From positions 310,001 to 347,643 of the forward strand of contig JBEWZL010000006.1 of the NCBI GenBank assembly GCA_045837725.1: a DNA stretch of 37,643 nt, in the 5' to 3' direction. How positions within the stretch are numbered: the first letter of the stretch is position 1; the number at the start of each line of letters is the position of its first letter. This stretch comes from Vermamoeba vermiformis (lineage: Eukaryota). The translations under genes and the position numbers were made by a program. Shown piece by piece: positions 36,899 to 37,643 of this stretch. Below the pieces are notes generated by a model. It had not been told where the DNA came from, ran no database searches, and saw nothing but the letters and a program-made list of their open reading frames with translations.

Positions 36899-37075
36899 CC
36901 TCTATGGCCGGCCATAGAGGCGTGCCTGCGCAGTACTGGCGCAGGTTCAATTCCAGGTGTGGGCAAATATATTATTTGTACTTTATGGCTGGCCATAAAT
37001 TGACTACTGCCAAAGTCCTGGGTTCAATTGCAAGTTTATCATGGCATAAGATCTATCTTTATGACCAGCCATAAT
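36899..37075. repeat. Three copies of a palindromic TATGGCCGGCCATA-type motif spaced ~76-81 bp apart, with GGTTCAATT in each spacer
   Basis: Perfect 22-bp palindrome CCTCTATGGCCGGCCATAGAGG (36899-36920), then TTTATGGCTGGCCATAAA (~36982-36999) and TTATGACCAGCCATAA (~37059-37074). GGTTCAATT occurs at ~36944 and ~37021. Confidence 0.7.
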
Positions 37076-37286
37076 ATTCAAAATTTGGGGTTTGGTGTCT
37101 TATTGCAACTTGAACTTGATTAACATTTCTGTGGAGCAGATCTCGCCTCTTCCAAATTCTCAAACTTTCACCATGTTAATGCCAAATATTTCTATCCCTC
37201 ATATATATTCTATTCTATCCTGTGCACTGCCACAGGTTCCACAAAGGCCTGCTCCAACAAAAAGAATTTGCATGAACTTCATTTAT

Positions 37287-37601
37287 TTACAGAGAATACA
37301 TGCTCAGATCTATATTGTCATATGTGTTCTTGATATCCTCTATTATTGCTTGTGCCTGTCCTTCAAGAATTATTTTAACAAGAGTCGCAACAGAAACAGG
37401 GGAGGAATAGTCGTTGATATCAAAATTGTTGGCGGAGTCAAGTAGCAGGAGCCTTTTTCCGTCCTTAAGAAAATCACGAAGAAACTTTAAGCAAATTGGC
37501 TTTGATTTCTCCATCACCCATAAGTATGGCAAAATGTGGAACAGGTGGTGCGCAATCTCGGCAGAAACTAAAGTTGTGCTTTTTTCCCCCTGTAAAGTCA
37601 T
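37287..37601 (-). CDS. Intronless hypothetical protein (104 aa)
   Basis: ATG-initiated ORF with protein-like composition and an AT-rich upstream region; no recognisable family. Confidence 0.35.
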   Translation of the reverse strand: MTLQGEKSTTLVSAEIAHHLFHILPYLWVMEKSKPICLKFLRDFLKDGKRLLLLDSANNFDINDYSSPVSVATLVKIILEGQAQAIIEDIKNTYDNIDLSMYSL

Positions 37602-37643
37602 GTAATTTAAATATAGGCTTATATTTGAAGTAAAAATAAAGTT

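Noticed and set aside
36899-37075. CRISPR-like array
   Set aside because: Only three short degenerate repeats with ~60-nt spacers sharing a motif, no cas genes, and a eukaryotic context.

Overview
Gene-dense eukaryotic genomic DNA with many short GT-AG introns (mostly 45-60 nt, often with CTAAC/CTGAC branch points). The gene content (vinculin-family protein, hybrid histidine kinase, RapGAP, Ig-like surface protein) suggests a free-living protist, probably amoebozoan (inference). Eleven protein-coding genes can be assembled by eye: a YfiF-like SpoU/TrmH RNA methyltransferase (5' truncated), a mitochondrial carrier, an Ig-like single-pass membrane protein, a signal-peptide 7TM protein, a GT2-like+GT4 glycosyltransferase, tRNase Z (long form), a PX-RapGAP, a large vinculin-family protein, a WD40-RWD-LysM-GRAM-TLDc fusion protein, UFD1 and a multi-module hybrid histidine kinase. 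The most notable items are: (i) an apparent fusion of the N-terminal half of WDR59/Sea3 (GATOR2) with a complete OXR1/NCOA7-type LysM-GRAM-TLDc protein, with the junction inside one exon; (ii) a histidine kinase with one intact and two degenerate kinase modules; (iii) an orphan ~84-nt Sec61-alpha fragment between two genes; (iv) a CpG-depleted, repeat- and palindrome-rich terminal ~2 kb with CpG-decay signatures, possibly a methylated mobile or viral element. All exon boundaries and homologies were read manually and are not database-verified.
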